In this document: positions 11,169-23,481 of the stretch, in pieces
Layout: every line of letters starts with the position of its first letter
Position numbering within the stretch: position 1 is the first letter of the stretch
NCBI GenBank assembly: GCA_026023565.1
Contig: JAPETS010000033.1
Span: forward strand, 62,001 to 126,000
DNA: 64,000 nt
Direction of reading: 5' to 3'
Source: Cirrosporium novae-zelandiae
Taxonomy: Eukaryota
Made by a program: the position numbers and the translations under genes
The notes under the pieces: model-generated
The model's database searches: none
What the model was told of the DNA's origin: nothing
Seen by the model: only the letters and a program-made list of their open reading frames with translations

Positions 11169-13750
11169 TCATATCTCTTCGATGTAGTTGGCAGGTACAC
11201 TCTTTCTCTGTCCACCCTTTTCTACTTCTGCCCATCCATCTCCAGCATTCTTGTTCACAAGGACAAATCTATCCCCTTCCCTCATACTCCACTCTAGTTC
11301 AGTCCGCGCTTCGTAATCGTAAAGAGCTTTGGCATATTTTAGCTTCCTTGCTCCACGTTTTGGAGCTACCGCAGGTCCCTTTTTCTTGCCTGCATTGGTG
11401 ACACTTCCAGTAATAGACGTCGACGAATTCGAATAAGTAGACATGGGTCGGTCTGATGATGGTGTCGTCACTGTATGAAGTTCTACATAGGCCGCAGGCA
11501 CCAACCCATCTTCTGACCCGCATCGTATATGCATCCAGCCAGAACCATCTATAAAATCCATTAGCAAATGAGCAAAGAAGTCATAAATAATCCTACCGTC
11601 TGGCTCAACCATCACTATCTCATGACCTTCCGTCGCTGATATCTCCCCTTCACCTGTAGCCTGATAAGCATAGAGCATCTTTCCTCTCTGCTCGTTAGGT
11701 TTTGGTGGTACGGGTGGACCGGTATTCCCAGCACCATCAGCTCCCGATGATCCAATATACTGGGCTGGTGGTGGTGCAACCACCCTGTTCCTTCGAACAG
11801 TGCTTGCCTTGCTCGCAATTGGTTTCGGGGGATTGTTTTCTTCAATCTTTTCTTCGCTAGGAGTCCTAGCAAGAGTGCCAGAAAGAGATCGCTGAGCGCT
11901 CGCGGCATAACCCGAACTCAAAGAAGTCATGGTGTTGCTTCTACTAACAGAGGGCAAGTCTGTTGAGCTTGGGCTAACTGATATACTCTGTCGGCGATGA
12001 GAAGCATTGGCCGCCTCTTGTCTCTCAGCCTTTAGCTTTTTCTTTTCCTCCTTCGACTGTTCTCCAGGGCAATCCGCGGGGACCTTCATCTCACATTTAC
12101 TATGGCATGTATAACCACAGTCCCGACAGTCGAATCCTTTCGCAGAAAGACCCCAAATCCGTTCACCACATAAATCACAGTTGGTCGGAATTTTGAATGT
12201 CTGGTGCTTGAAACCATGATTTCTGGCCCCGAGAGATATGTCACCAGCAGCCGAAATAATCGTCGACTTCTCGACTTCAGCAGTTAGAAGATTGCGATCA
12301 ATCTGGTGTAGGTCCTCTTTCATGGTGAAAATTGTCCGTACCACCTCAACCTCATCACGCTTATCTCGACCTTCCTGGATGCCATTTCGAACTTTCTTGG
12401 CGCCTTCAATTTCTCGTCTCTTCTTATCAGATTCCAGCTTGAGTTCGCCTAGCTGACCCTTGCTTTTCAATAGCATATTCCTAAGGAAAACTTTGGCAAT
12501 GTCATCTATAGCCATTGCAGGATCATCATGCCAAACCGGACTTGGCTCAAATACGAAATCTATCGGATCTTGCCAATTTGAAGTGTTGTGCCGTGCAAAC
12601 ATCATCGAGTCTAGATGAGGCTCGTTTCGAGGAATTTCCGAGGTAAGATGGTCTACGTGATCCTTGCTTCTGCTTAGAGTCTGGGATTCTAATTGTGAGG
12701 CAAGCATCCAGAAGGAGTTCAGTTTTGCAACCCTTGTTTCAGAAAGATCTTGAAGATTCTGACAGGCTATATTAGTCGTCACGGATACTCAAATATCCTA
12801 ATCAAGTTCACTTACATCCAAAAGCTCTGGTACATAATCGTAGTAATATTTTTCTTTCAACTTATTTGTCACACTGATACTAATAAGATATGTATTCTGC
12901 TGGTGTCAGTAGGCTCTCATGAGGCGAATCCGAATGCTCACTTTGACGTTGTGCATCTCCTGAATCTGTTGCTGATATGAATATTGCGCCTTTCCTTTGC
13001 TGCTATCAAAAGAAGACTCGATCTTTTTTCTTTTGTTCTCCACTTCTTGACAGACGGTGTCATACTTTCCTTTCATCTTCTTGAGGTCTCCATATGATGA
13101 ATCTCGTTCCTTTTCAAGCTTTCCTGCAAAGTCGGCATGACTTTTTCGTAGGTCTTCAAATTTACCAGCAATTTGTTTTATGGGAGCGGCTACCTGAGAA
13201 ATCAAGTCGGAAGCATAGCGATCATGTTCAGCGGCGATGGATTCGAGAGTAGACAGTTGCGTGGTCCAGGTTGTCATCGAGGCACTGAGGGGATGCCAGT
13301 ATCAGTCACAATCTAACGCTGTTGCTCGATGTACCCTCTACAAACCTTTCCAGCGAACCTGGTGTGACTGTCGGCGTATCACCCACGCTTAACCCACTTG
13401 ACTTTTTCGCCTTCTTTTCATAGTATTTTTTAGCCAAGCCACTGAGTTTCCCGCTGTATTCTTTCTCAATAGCACTCCTTTCGCGGTAGAATTGTTCAAC
13501 GTCTTCCAGCCAAGCGATTCCGTTGACCACCTTTCGTCGGTCAGATTGCATTCCATAAGAACAGATATCCCGGAAAGCCCATAGGGTCGGAATACAAAGT
13601 AAGGTATATGCATGTAAAACGTACCCAGGCATTAACAGGTTTGAAACCATCCTATTAAAGACAGTCAGCACAAGCCCAGGAATCCGGGACCTGGTTTAGA
13701 CTGACTCTGAGCTCAGCTCCAAAATGGGGTGTTATATCAACATCGGCCAT
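11169..13750 (-). CDS. BZZ1: F-BAR + C1 + 2xSH3 actin/endocytosis protein Bzz1; multi-exon
   Basis: N-terminus MADVDITPHFGAELR; FCH 'FYRERSAIEKEYSGKL'; C1 'HGFKHQTFKIPTNCDLCGERIWGLSAKGFDCRDCGYTCHSKC'; two SH3 domains ('ALYDYEA...VPANYIE'). Confidence 0.92.
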
Positions 13751-14414
13751 TGTGAGGCAATGTGATTATTCCTGAAAAGCCGATTTGTGTCCTCATAAAT
13801 CGAGCGCATCGTCGATCGGCAGAGGAAGCGATATAAACATGCCAGAAAGTAAAATTATATCTAGACCCGGAGCATGCCTAGAGTGACATGGGAAATTGTT
13901 GACGGGAGCGTTGGTATTATTTGTAGCAAGCAGGTGGCTCAGGTAACGGCCCCGCAATCACACTACGGAAGTCAACAAGCTTGAAAGACAGGGATTAATA
14001 GTTTCTCCGTTTATTATCATCAACCTTGCTGGATGATTGCCGTAGCTCGAGGGGAAACATCAAAAAAAGTAGCGGAGAGAGGTTCATACTTTCACCTGTA
14101 CTTGCGGTCCAAATTCCCAGACACGTTATCAATTCACTTCCCCTCGACGACTAATACACAAACTAGTGCGACCTATGAAAGGTCCCCGTTTCTAGAATAG
14201 GCAACGACCTCAATATATAAAAGACTGATCTGCTCATGACCATTTAATTTTGACCCCACTTCATGAATACATTGATTTCGCGACAAGGACATATATTCAG
14301 ACTATTTTTTCTCAAAGGCTCTTGAAGGTTTCTTACCACCTCAACCTTCACAACCCCATATAGACTACGCTCAGTAGTTCCAAGTGGTAACACGACAATT
14401 TCTTTGTCGCTATA

Positions 14415-16257
14415 ATGTCTACTTCAGAGACAACCACCCCCAAACCAGGCGGCTCCCTTGCGGATCGCATCACAAAGCCTAGTGGTATATTGATCTCTTA
14501 CCCTATATAGCCTCTGCTGATAGTCATCCCAAACTTGCAAAAGACTAATCAATATGTGATTTCCAGATCCAAGCACCGCTCCAGAAGGAACCAAACCCTC
14601 CACTGATCCAAGCAAAGTCCCAGAATCAACAAAACCCTCCTCCGATCTCACCATAGCTCAGCAGGATGGAGCTGCCGATGGTCAAGGCGGATCAGGCCTT
14701 CATGAGCCAGAATATGAAGTTGATGTCAAGCTGAGCGACCTTCAAGCAAATGCCGATCCTAATAACCCACTATACTCCATCAAGAGCTTCAAAGACCTAG
14801 GGCTGTAAGTCGCATTAAGCACATTGTGGCCATTATACCAGGGACACGGCTAACATTATGTTATTTAGGGATGAGGCACTTCTAAGAGGACTGATAAACA
14901 TGAACATCAATCGCCCCTCGAAGATTCAGGAAAAGGCTCTCCCACTCCTTCTAGTAGATCCTCCTCAAAATCTTATCGGTCAATCTCAGTCTGGAACTGG
15001 GAAAACGGCAGCTTTCACTCTAAATATCTTGAGTCGCATAGATTTCTCCCCTGAAATGGCCAACGTTCCACAAGCTCTTTGCCTCGCCCCAAGTCGTGAA
15101 CTAGCTCGTCAGATCGTGGGCGTGATCGAGCTGATGGGATGTTTTATTCATGGTCTAAGAGTTCAATCCGCCATCCCCAGAGCGACCTCCGCACGAGGCA
15201 CAAAGCTAGAGGGCCAGATCATTGTGGGGACACCCGGAACAACCATGGATCTGATAAAAAAGCGATTGCTGGACGCATCAAAAATCAAGATTCTAGTATT
15301 GGACGAGGCCGATAACATGCTTGATCAGCAAGGTCTTGGTGATCAGTGCATGCGTGTAAAATCGTAAGTATCCTTCCTATAAGATCTTCTATGACTAACT
15401 ATTTGACAGGATGATTCCGAAGCAGATTCAGATTGTCTTATTCTCCGCTACATTCCCCGACCGTGTGGTAGATTACGCTAGAAGATTCGCCCCGAATGCC
15501 AATCAGCTTACTTTACGGCACGAAGAACTTACAGTAGAAGGCATCAAGCAGCTCTACATCGATTGTCAGAATGACCAGGATAAATATGAGACTCTTGTTA
15601 GACTCTATGGCCTTTTGACTATTGGTTCATCGATTATTTTCGTTCAGGTCTAGGCTCCTTCATCCCACAAGTTTTTGTGTGGTTCGCTGACGTTTTCTCT
15701 AGCGACGTGACACCGCTCTTGAGATTGAGAAGAGAATGACCAAAGAAGGCCATCAGGTTGCTTGCCTAACCGGAGGTTTCGAAGGCGTTCAACGTGACGA
15801 GGTTATTGACTCATTCCGTAACGGAAGTGCCAAAGTTCTCATCACCACCAACGTTCTGGCTCGTGGTATCGATGTTTCTACGGTTTCTATGGTCATCAAT
15901 TATGTATGTCTATTCGATCTTGGCAATAGTATTTAAGTTGGAATGGTAATTGCTAACACAATGCAGGATATTCCAATAGGACAACGCGGAGAACCCGATG
16001 CTCAAACGTACCTTCATCGGATTGGCCGAACTGGCCGCTTCGGACGGGTCGGTGTTTCTATTAGCTTTGTTCACGACAAAACAAGTTGGATGGCTCTCAA
16101 GAAAATTGCGGAATATTTCTCCGTTCAAATTACTCGCCTTGAGACAGACGACTGGGATAATGTAGAGGACACAATCAAAGAGGTGATCAAAAGTTCTAGG
16201 GCTGGGCAGAACTTCCAAGTAGGAAGCAGGAATCCGAGTGGGGACAATGAAATGTGA
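14415..16257 (+). CDS. DBP5: DEAD-box RNA helicase Dbp5 (mRNA export); multi-exon
   Basis: '[11 protein letters not shown]'; Q motif '[10 protein letters not shown]'; 'QSQSGTGKT'; '[16 protein letters not shown]'; 'FSAT'; 'LARGID'; '[10 protein letters not shown]'. Confidence 0.95.
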
Positions 16258-16583
16258 GCATAAGGCGGTTTGTTGGGATTAGAAAAACCGCCTCTGCCAG
16301 GTCCAGAGCTAACCAGATCCGTGCCGTCTTTAGGGACTACACGGAGGCGGCAATGTTGTAATGACTCAAGAGTTGAACGGCAAAGGATAATGCTGCAACA
16401 AAAATTGTCGAAGCACAGCATAGTCAACACTGATCTAATTTAGACTGAATATCCAGATGCACTCAGGAGCTCGGGAGCTCAGATAGCTTAGCCGGCTACA
16501 TACCTAGGTAGCCATGATAAATCAAGATACCCAAAATCAAACTGGCTCCAAACTATATAGCTTCGAGTCTTATTTTATTTTAC

Positions 16584-17400
16584 TCACCAGTCACAGCTTT
16601 TCCCGAGAAGTAATGCTAGGTTTTCCAGAGCTTCTTTATCAACGTTATCGAACCCATTTAATGCAGTACAATCGATGTCGATAACACCCACAACCTAAAT
16701 GCATTAGCGCAAAATAATTGGACCTCGGCAGCGTCATTACCGTTGAGTTATTTAAAATTGGCACGACAATCTCACTGACCGTGTCACCATCACAGGCAAT
16801 ATGTCCCGGATATTCCAAAACATTTTTGACGAGCTGAGTCTGGCCCTGACTTGCAGCATTCCCACAGACTCCTTTGCCAAACGGAATAATCTGACAAGCT
16901 ACTTTTCCCTGAAAGGGACCAAGGATTAACTGATTTGGCGTTGTGGGATCTAGTACATAGAATCCTACGTATCTACAGTTAGATAGGTGTAAGTATTGAA
17001 GATGGTGATGACGTACCTGCCCAGTTAACCTGGTTACTAGGAGATGGCAATGACTTGAAGGCGTGCCATAACAATGATGCAGAATTAGCAAGATTGCTGG
17101 AAGACGATCAATTAGACAATGGTTTAACCAATCTATACGATATAGATATTAATTGATGCTTTTACCCACCAAACCTAGGAGCGAACGTCAGCTGGTCCTG
17201 AATAACCCTATGCACAACATAGCTGAATTACCCAATTCCTCTGATCCTCAAAGAGCGCCCCTGCGGCTTGTAATACCTGGTCAAGGGCGTCTTTCTTACT
17301 TACGCCCTCAGGAAAATCGGAAGCATCGGCATGAACCTAAAAATTGTACTTTAATGAGTCACTAGGTTCGGATCAATTACCCATTTTCTGACCTTACCAT
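16584..17400 (-). CDS. GAF-domain free methionine-R-sulfoxide reductase (fRMsr, yeast Ykg9/YKL069W-like); 6 exons
   Basis: Spliced product M-VHADASDF...QRNW-VC-NLANSASLLWHA...NWAGFYV...LGPFQGKVACQ...GVCG...PGHIACDGDT.SEIVVP...VIDIDC...SCDW*, with the three conserved Cys motifs. Confidence 0.9.
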
Positions 17401-17756
17401 GGTTGATATTGTATTGGAATATCAAATCAAAAAAAAGGAATGTGAAGATTTTACCTTGGGGGGGAAGATTATGTCAGATTTTGGAAATGATAACGGCGTT
17501 TAGGCATGGGATTAAGGGCTTAGGTCATGGATGTAGTTCCGATCATTACACGTCGCATATCGGTAATATGGAATGCGATAACGTTGAACAGGAAGGAAAC
17601 CACTTCAAATAGGTCTGTATTCCATTAAACTGCATAATGACTCTACATGACTCAAAAAGAAATTTAGAATGCGCGTCTCTATTTAAAATCAATCACCACT
17701 CCGTTGTTTTCTCCCCATTAATATTTGTTTTTAAGAGCTGTTAAAGCTATTTGCTC

Positions 17757-18715
17757 ATGTCGTGCCCAGATTGCTTCTCAGGTTCCACCCACGAGGGGAA
17801 GCCCACTGGACGTGAAGAGAAAACACATGGTCGGGATGCTTACATCGCTGAGCCTTCGGAAGGAACTGCCATTAAAGGTGTAATCGTCATGATATCTGAT
17901 GCCTTTGGATGGAAATTTCAAAACCTACGAATCCTAGCCGACAAGTACGCCGCTGGGGGGTTTCGTGTGTATTTGCCCGATTTCCTTGAAGGTACGTGGA
18001 TAATGAATGCTACCTGTATATATAAATATATACTGATATCCGAATTAGGACATGATGCCCCGGTTTGGGTATTGGAAGTTTTTCCAAAAGTCACTCGCGA
18101 TTGGTCGCTGAAAGGAATCCTGGTCAAACCGTATTAATCAATATTTCTAGTATGAAGAATTTCAAAGCTTAGGCACTTATTTCTCTCATTAGATACCAAA
18201 TAGCTCGACTTATCCATGTCTTTGTTCCTTTCTACAGGACGAACAAATTCCCGACCATTATGCCCCGCGTTACCAAATTCTTCGAGGATATACGTTGTAA
18301 CGAAGCTGCCGAGCTTCCTCTGGGGGCCACTGGATTCTGCTTTGGGGGTAAACATACTATCGTTTTGGCTCATGGGGACACTGCTTCTAATGGGAAACCT
18401 CTTGTTGATGCGGCCTTTACAGCCCACCCAAGTCACCTGGAGCTTCCAGGAGATATTGAAAAGGTCACGAAACCCGTATCGATAGCGATTGGCGATAAGG
18501 ACGCGGTACTAAGCATGAAAGGCGTTGAACAAATTAAGGAAATATTCGGACGCTTAGAGGCAGTTTCGACGGAAGTGGTAGTATTTCCTGGGGCCGAGCA
18601 TGGATTTTCCGTTCGAGGTGACGAGACTGACGAAAAGGTAAAGCAACGGGCGATAGAAGCAACAGAGCAGGCGGTTAATTGGTTTCACACTCAATTTGGC
18701 AAAGTGGCACCTTAG
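17757..18715 (+). CDS. Dienelactone hydrolase family alpha/beta hydrolase; 3 exons
   Basis: 'MSCPDCFSG..HEGKPTG'; 'DAFGW'; nucleophile 'GFCFGG'; 'AHPS'; 'GDKD'; 'HGFSVRGD'. Confidence 0.9.
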
Positions 18716-18860
18716 GTCAAATTTCTTTATGGAGACCTTTAAGTTACTCAGGGCTTTGTCGGAGGGTGTTTAAAAAAAAAAAAGGACCCTAGATGGTCAA
18801 GGCCTGTTATCTGAGCGTCGTTTTGCAGACTGATCTTTGGCTACTCGTATTGCCAAGTTG

Positions 18861-18913
18861 CAGTTGGATTCAGTTGGATTTAGTTTGGCTTCAGTTGGCT
18901 TCAGTTGGCTTCA
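18861..18913. repeat. 10-bp tandem repeat (TCAGTTGGCT-like) x~5
   Basis: cagttggatt cagttggatt tagtttggct tcagttggct tcagttggct. Confidence 0.8.
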
Positions 18914-19339
18914 ACGCTGGCTTTCAATGTTGAGCGTTGGAAAGACTAAAAGAGTCTTTGAGCCATGAGTCTCCACCAGCGTGTGGGAGGCAGTGGGAGG
19001 AGCTTTTTTTTACCCCTCAGACCCTCACGCAATGATTTAGGTTTTTTCTCTTTGCTATCGGTGAGCTCCTAATGTGTGTATGATTCCACTTATTACATCG
19101 AAAGGTATCTACGGATGGCTTTGTTATTGGGCAGGTCCCTGAAAGATTTCCAAGCTTCCCAGTAGTGTTATTTCCTTGGGACCATGATCGACCTCAGGGC
19201 ATTTTAAAGGTTAATCACGGGCAGGTGTGTCGGCCGTCAATGTAAATAAATTGCCAGGCGTGCCAGGCTTTGTTGGGGACAATGACCCTCGATGCTCTGT
19301 TTTTTGATTGCTGCCTGCGAGTAAGTATAGTGGATATTC

Positions 19340-19377
19340 GGGACATTGGGGACATTAGGGACATTAGGGACATTAGG
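19340..19377 (+). repeat. 9-bp tandem repeat (GGGACATTR)x4 matching the G-quadruplex consensus, upstream of the SREBP gene
   Basis: gggacattg gggacatta gggacatta gggacatta gg. Confidence 0.8.
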
Positions 19378-20096
19378 TCATTTAGTATAAGTAGTTTCTG
19401 AATAATCATCTCAAAACGCGTCACCCGAGAGGCTGAGTGGTTAATTCTTCATGTCGGAGTTGATTATTTCGTCTTGATCCCCATCATGTTAGCGGCATTC
19501 GGCGAGGATAAGGCCGGTTTAGTCAAAGTCATACCACTGCTATCAAAGAAAGCTCACTAAAGCACCCCAAAAAACCACCAAGACCACCCAGCAAGAAAAA
19601 AAAAATAAAAAAAACATAGACCCATAGTACTACTGTCATTCATTGATTGACCACTGACCGTTGGCTCATCGTTGTCCGTCGTTGCCCATCCATCATTGAC
19701 AACCACCAGCTTTTCGCTTACCAAGCCCAAACAAGCACCACCATCAACAAGAGGAATTAAATCAAAAACATACACACCGTAACTTTGCTCTCTGACTGGA
19801 ACCACGACATATTCAACATTCCCCAACTCAAAGACATTCTTCTCTGGATTTGATTGTCGAATCAAGCAAAAGCTTCAATTTATTTAGATATAGGGAAAAG
19901 GAAACCCTGGTTGATCCTCTTTCTCTTCCCCCTGCTGTCATTTGGTTAATTAGCTCCCTCCTTATCTCAATCAAACCTTCGGACACTTCGGGACTAGCCA
20001 TAAACATACAACTCTCTCCCTCCTTGTTTGTTTCCCTGATCATGTTCAATTCATGATTCGGGACCCTTCAACCTTTTTTATACACATCAAGTGCCT

Positions 20097-23003
20097 ATGG
20101 ACGGAAACATGAATGAAGTTGCAGCTGCAGCTTACTGGAACAAGGAGACGAGACCAGATCGCAATCCAAATGCCGCCTCCTTGGCTTTCCGGTATCCTAA
20201 CGGCCACCTTTATGATGGAGCTACTGATGATGACTGGGAACAATGGATGCAGTGGGATGCCAATGCTGACTTCTCTTCCCCCGACTTGGAGTTGAACAAC
20301 CCGTTTGGTTGTGTGGATGGTGTTGGACCTTTACGCAAAAAGAGACGCCTTGGACCCTGCACACCTCCCAACGAGCGCGACATGATGCTTCTCTCCTCCT
20401 CGATCATGCACAGTATGGACAGAACTCCGCAAGCACGGGAGCGTGGAAAAGATCAAAGATTGCCGGATGGGTACTTCTCAACAGGTCCAAGTTCCATCAG
20501 CACCAACCCTCAAGATTCTATCCGCTGTGATCCTATTTGTACTCCCAGTTCCGAGCGATCCAGCGTACCAGGTAGGCGCAAGTCTTCTCTTGATGAGCAA
20601 TACCCAATCAGTCCTGTCAGCGCCGACAACTCAAAGCGACAACCTGCAAATAAACGGCCTCACAACATTATTGAACGACGATACAGAACGAACCTGAATG
20701 AAAAGATTGCTATGCTCCGGAACAGTGTACCTAGTCTTCGAACCGCACGACGCCCCAAGAACACCAGCCCACCTTCTAGCCAGGATGGCCAAGACGGAGA
20801 CGATGATACTATAGATGATAATTCCGCAATGTCCAAGAAACTCAACAAAGGAGTCATCCTGACCAAAGCAACCGAATATATCCAGGACCTTGAGCGACGA
20901 AACAGGTTCCTAGAAGACGAGATCAAAAGCCTAACCAAAAGATTAAGCCGTTTGGAGGGTTTGGCAGAGCAAGGCGGCATTGATATAAGCGCCACCTTTG
21001 CCAAGACTACCGAAGGCAAACCTGCCGAGAAGGATGGGACGGAGATTAAAGATGAAGATAAGTCTTCGACTGTAGGACCGCCTCAGGGAATGCTCAAATT
21101 ACCAGAAGCAATGCAGAAACTTCGTGATGCCTCTCTACAGGTCACCAATGCGCAAGGGCCGCAGATTCATATGTATGACCCGAGTGCGCAGCCGGTTAAG
21201 AGTGCCAGCTCAAGTACCGGCTCGAATGGTTCCTTTGCTCCCGGAAAATTTGTTTCCAGGTTAATGATCGGATCAATCGCCGGCCTCATGGTTCTCGAAG
21301 GCTTTGGCGACAGATTCTCCGAGGAGGAACGTCCTGGAGTAAAAGAACTTTTCAGTTTACCTTTGGAACTTCTACCGCACGCCTCTACTTTATCAACAGC
21401 ATTTCAACGTCTCCACCACTCCATTCAACGCTATCCTTTTCAATTGCCAGGTTACAATGACTTCGTCTTTGGCCCTACTTCTATTCTAAAATGCTTCACT
21501 ATTCTCATGGCCCTTGCCTTTATCATGTTTCTCTACCTATTTAATTCTAGCCCAGAGCACTCTAAAGATGGCTTCTTTGTCGAAGAACTCCCTGCTGTGC
21601 CGCCACCGGCTTCCCCAATTGAAGTACGCCGATCTGCGTGGCAGACAGCCGTGCAGACGGTATGGGTACCTCGACATACCTTGATTTTAGAGTTCCTAGC
21701 CTTTTGGTTGGAATCTATCAAATACCTTGTGCGGCTCTTCCTTGGGTGGCCCTTGTATGCGTGGATTACCAGTCGGTCTGAGGATGAGGAGATGGCGCGA
21801 ATCAAGGCTTGGGATGTTGCTATCGATGCTCAGCTTGCCGGAGGTGATCCGGAAATCAAGCGAAGCCGAATTGTTCTTACCCTGTGGGCATCCGGGTCCT
21901 TGCCGCGAACGCCAGCAAGACTTATGCTGAAGGCGTTGCATATCAGGATCCTCTTCTGGGGAGTAGCTCGTTCTGGAACATTTACCAGCCGTATCTTGGA
22001 GTGGATTGCCAAGAAAATGGCGGCCTTCCAGTGGAGTCTTGCCTTGAAACTTCAGACGATGCTAATGATTATGGGAATCGAGCCTTCCGATGATACTGAT
22101 GCATTGCAAGAACATTTGGCTCATCTTGTGAGACTGGATTGCAATGAGGTCATGACTGATGACATGATTGAACGAGCATCTAATCTTGCATGGAATCGGT
22201 CTGTTCGAGAAGCGTCGGCTTCAAATGATTTTGAAGATTCAGTCTCAGAGGACTTTGCCATCCGCTCCCCACTTGATGCCATCGCAGCTTGGACCTCGGC
22301 TCGTTTCCTGCATATTGGCCTGATCCAGGCTCTAGACAATTACCAGGGTCAAGAAAAAGCCATTCGACAACGCCTTAATATGGCGTTGAATATTGCTCCA
22401 CCGGCTTCCGTTGTCCAGACGCAATCTCTTGCTGCCCGAAGTCTTTTCTTCGATCATGGTCGTGATAAGAGTATCGGTGCAGTTCTTTCTGCGCTCCCGC
22501 CATTTGTTTCCAGTGCCGCCCTTGATATCCCTCCTCAGAGTCCTGGTGCTTTCGGGAATCCTTTACCTCTTTCGGCTTGTACAAGCATCAGGGTTGCCGC
22601 GCGTTGTGCTATGGGATTGGAGATGTTGAAGAATAGCTATGCGGATACCGTGACGGTGCCGGAGGTGTTAGAATATTGCCCTAGACAGCAAGACTCTTTT
22701 GATATGGGCCTGCTGGGGTTTGTTGCTGCGATTAGACTTTTACAACGCGTCTACAGCGATAACAGGATTCCCGACGAGTCCCGCCAGGATCTAGCGCAGA
22801 TTGCTATCCAATTGCAAATCTGGAGTCGGAACGAGAAGACGGCGCCAAAGGGACTTAACTTGTCCATGATTGAACAAGTCAACTCGCAGTGCGCCACTTT
22901 AGCAAAAATGAGCTTGCAGAGGCGCAACAGTGGAGAGCAGGATGATGTTGAAGAAAGAAATGCCAATGATACCATTGTTAATGAGGTTAGGTCTTGTAAC
23001 TAA
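20097..23003 (+). CDS. srbA: Sterol regulatory element-binding protein (membrane-tethered bHLH-Zip, SrbA/Sre1-like); apparently intronless
   Basis: bHLH with the SREBP-diagnostic Tyr, 'HNIIERRYRTNLNEKIAMLRNSVPSLR...KLNKGVILTKATEYIQDLERRN'; hydrophobic TM segments; fungal SREBP C-terminal (DUF2014-type) motifs 'AWQTAVQTVWVP' and 'AWDVAIDAQLAGGD'. Confidence 0.88.
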   Translation: MDGNMNEVAAAAYWNKETRPDRNPNAASLAFRYPNGHLYDGATDDDWEQWMQWDANADFSSPDLELNNPFGCVDGVGPLRKKRRLGPCTPPNERDMMLLSSSIMHSMDRTPQARERGKDQRLPDGYFSTGPSSISTNPQDSIRCDPICTPSSERSSVPGRRKSSLDEQYPISPVSADNSKRQPANKRPHNIIERRYRTNLNEKIAMLRNSVPSLRTARRPKNTSPPSSQDGQDGDDDTIDDNSAMSKKLNKGVILTKATEYIQDLERRNRFLEDEIKSLTKRLSRLEGLAEQGGIDISATFAKTTEGKPAEKDGTEIKDEDKSSTVGPPQGMLKLPEAMQKLRDASLQVTNAQGPQIHMYDPSAQPVKSASSSTGSNGSFAPGKFVSRLMIGSIAGLMVLEGFGDRFSEEERPGVKELFSLPLELLPHASTLSTAFQRLHHSIQRYPFQLPGYNDFVFGPTSILKCFTILMALAFIMFLYLFNSSPEHSKDGFFVEELPAVPPPASPIEVRRSAWQTAVQTVWVPRHTLILEFLAFWLESIKYLVRLFLGWPLYAWITSRSEDEEMARIKAWDVAIDAQLAGGDPEIKRSRIVLTLWASGSLPRTPARLMLKALHIRILFWGVARSGTFTSRILEWIAKKMAAFQWSLALKLQTMLMIMGIEPSDDTDALQEHLAHLVRLDCNEVMTDDMIERASNLAWNRSVREASASNDFEDSVSEDFAIRSPLDAIAAWTSARFLHIGLIQALDNYQGQEKAIRQRLNMALNIAPPASVVQTQSLAARSLFFDHGRDKSIGAVLSALPPFVSSAALDIPPQSPGAFGNPLPLSACTSIRVAARCAMGLEMLKNSYADTVTVPEVLEYCPRQQDSFDMGLLGFVAAIRLLQRVYSDNRIPDESRQDLAQIAIQLQIWSRNEKTAPKGLNLSMIEQVNSQCATLAKMSLQRRNSGEQDDVEERNANDTIVNEVRSCN

Positions 23004-23481
23004 AGCTGGTGATGATCAGGCGATAAATTAAGTTTGGGCACCAAAAATCTACGGGCTGTGGATGTGGAGTTGATCGTCAGGATCCTGGTGTTTTATCATC
23101 AGCTTATTGGTATGGCTGAAGGACGTCTTTGAGATTATGAATTGGAAGGGAAATTGGGAATGGAGTGAATGTGGCATGTGTGGATACGGACGGATAATAA
23201 ATACGTGCACAAACTTCAATACGTATTATTTTATGCTAGAGCAGCTTTCAATGTAAATTCTACTTTTTTTTTGGACGGATAGCTACAGATATAATTATTA
23301 ATAGAGCATGTAATTAATTGAATGGGACCTTGGTTGTAGAAAGTAAGATAGATACTTGGTACTTTGGAGGTCAGCCTTGCTGGACATGGACGGGATCTTC
23401 AGGAACCGACGGGGGACTTTGGCATTCTCCATTTCATCATTTTCAAAGCTCCCCCACTGAGTTTTCTGAGCTGCCATCAAA

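Noticed and set aside
15648..15702. Weak 5' splice site GTCTAG in a DBP5 intron, considered as a stwintron or alternative-splicing signal
   Set aside because: It is still a GT-AG intron with a good branch point that restores the frame; no nested intron is visible.
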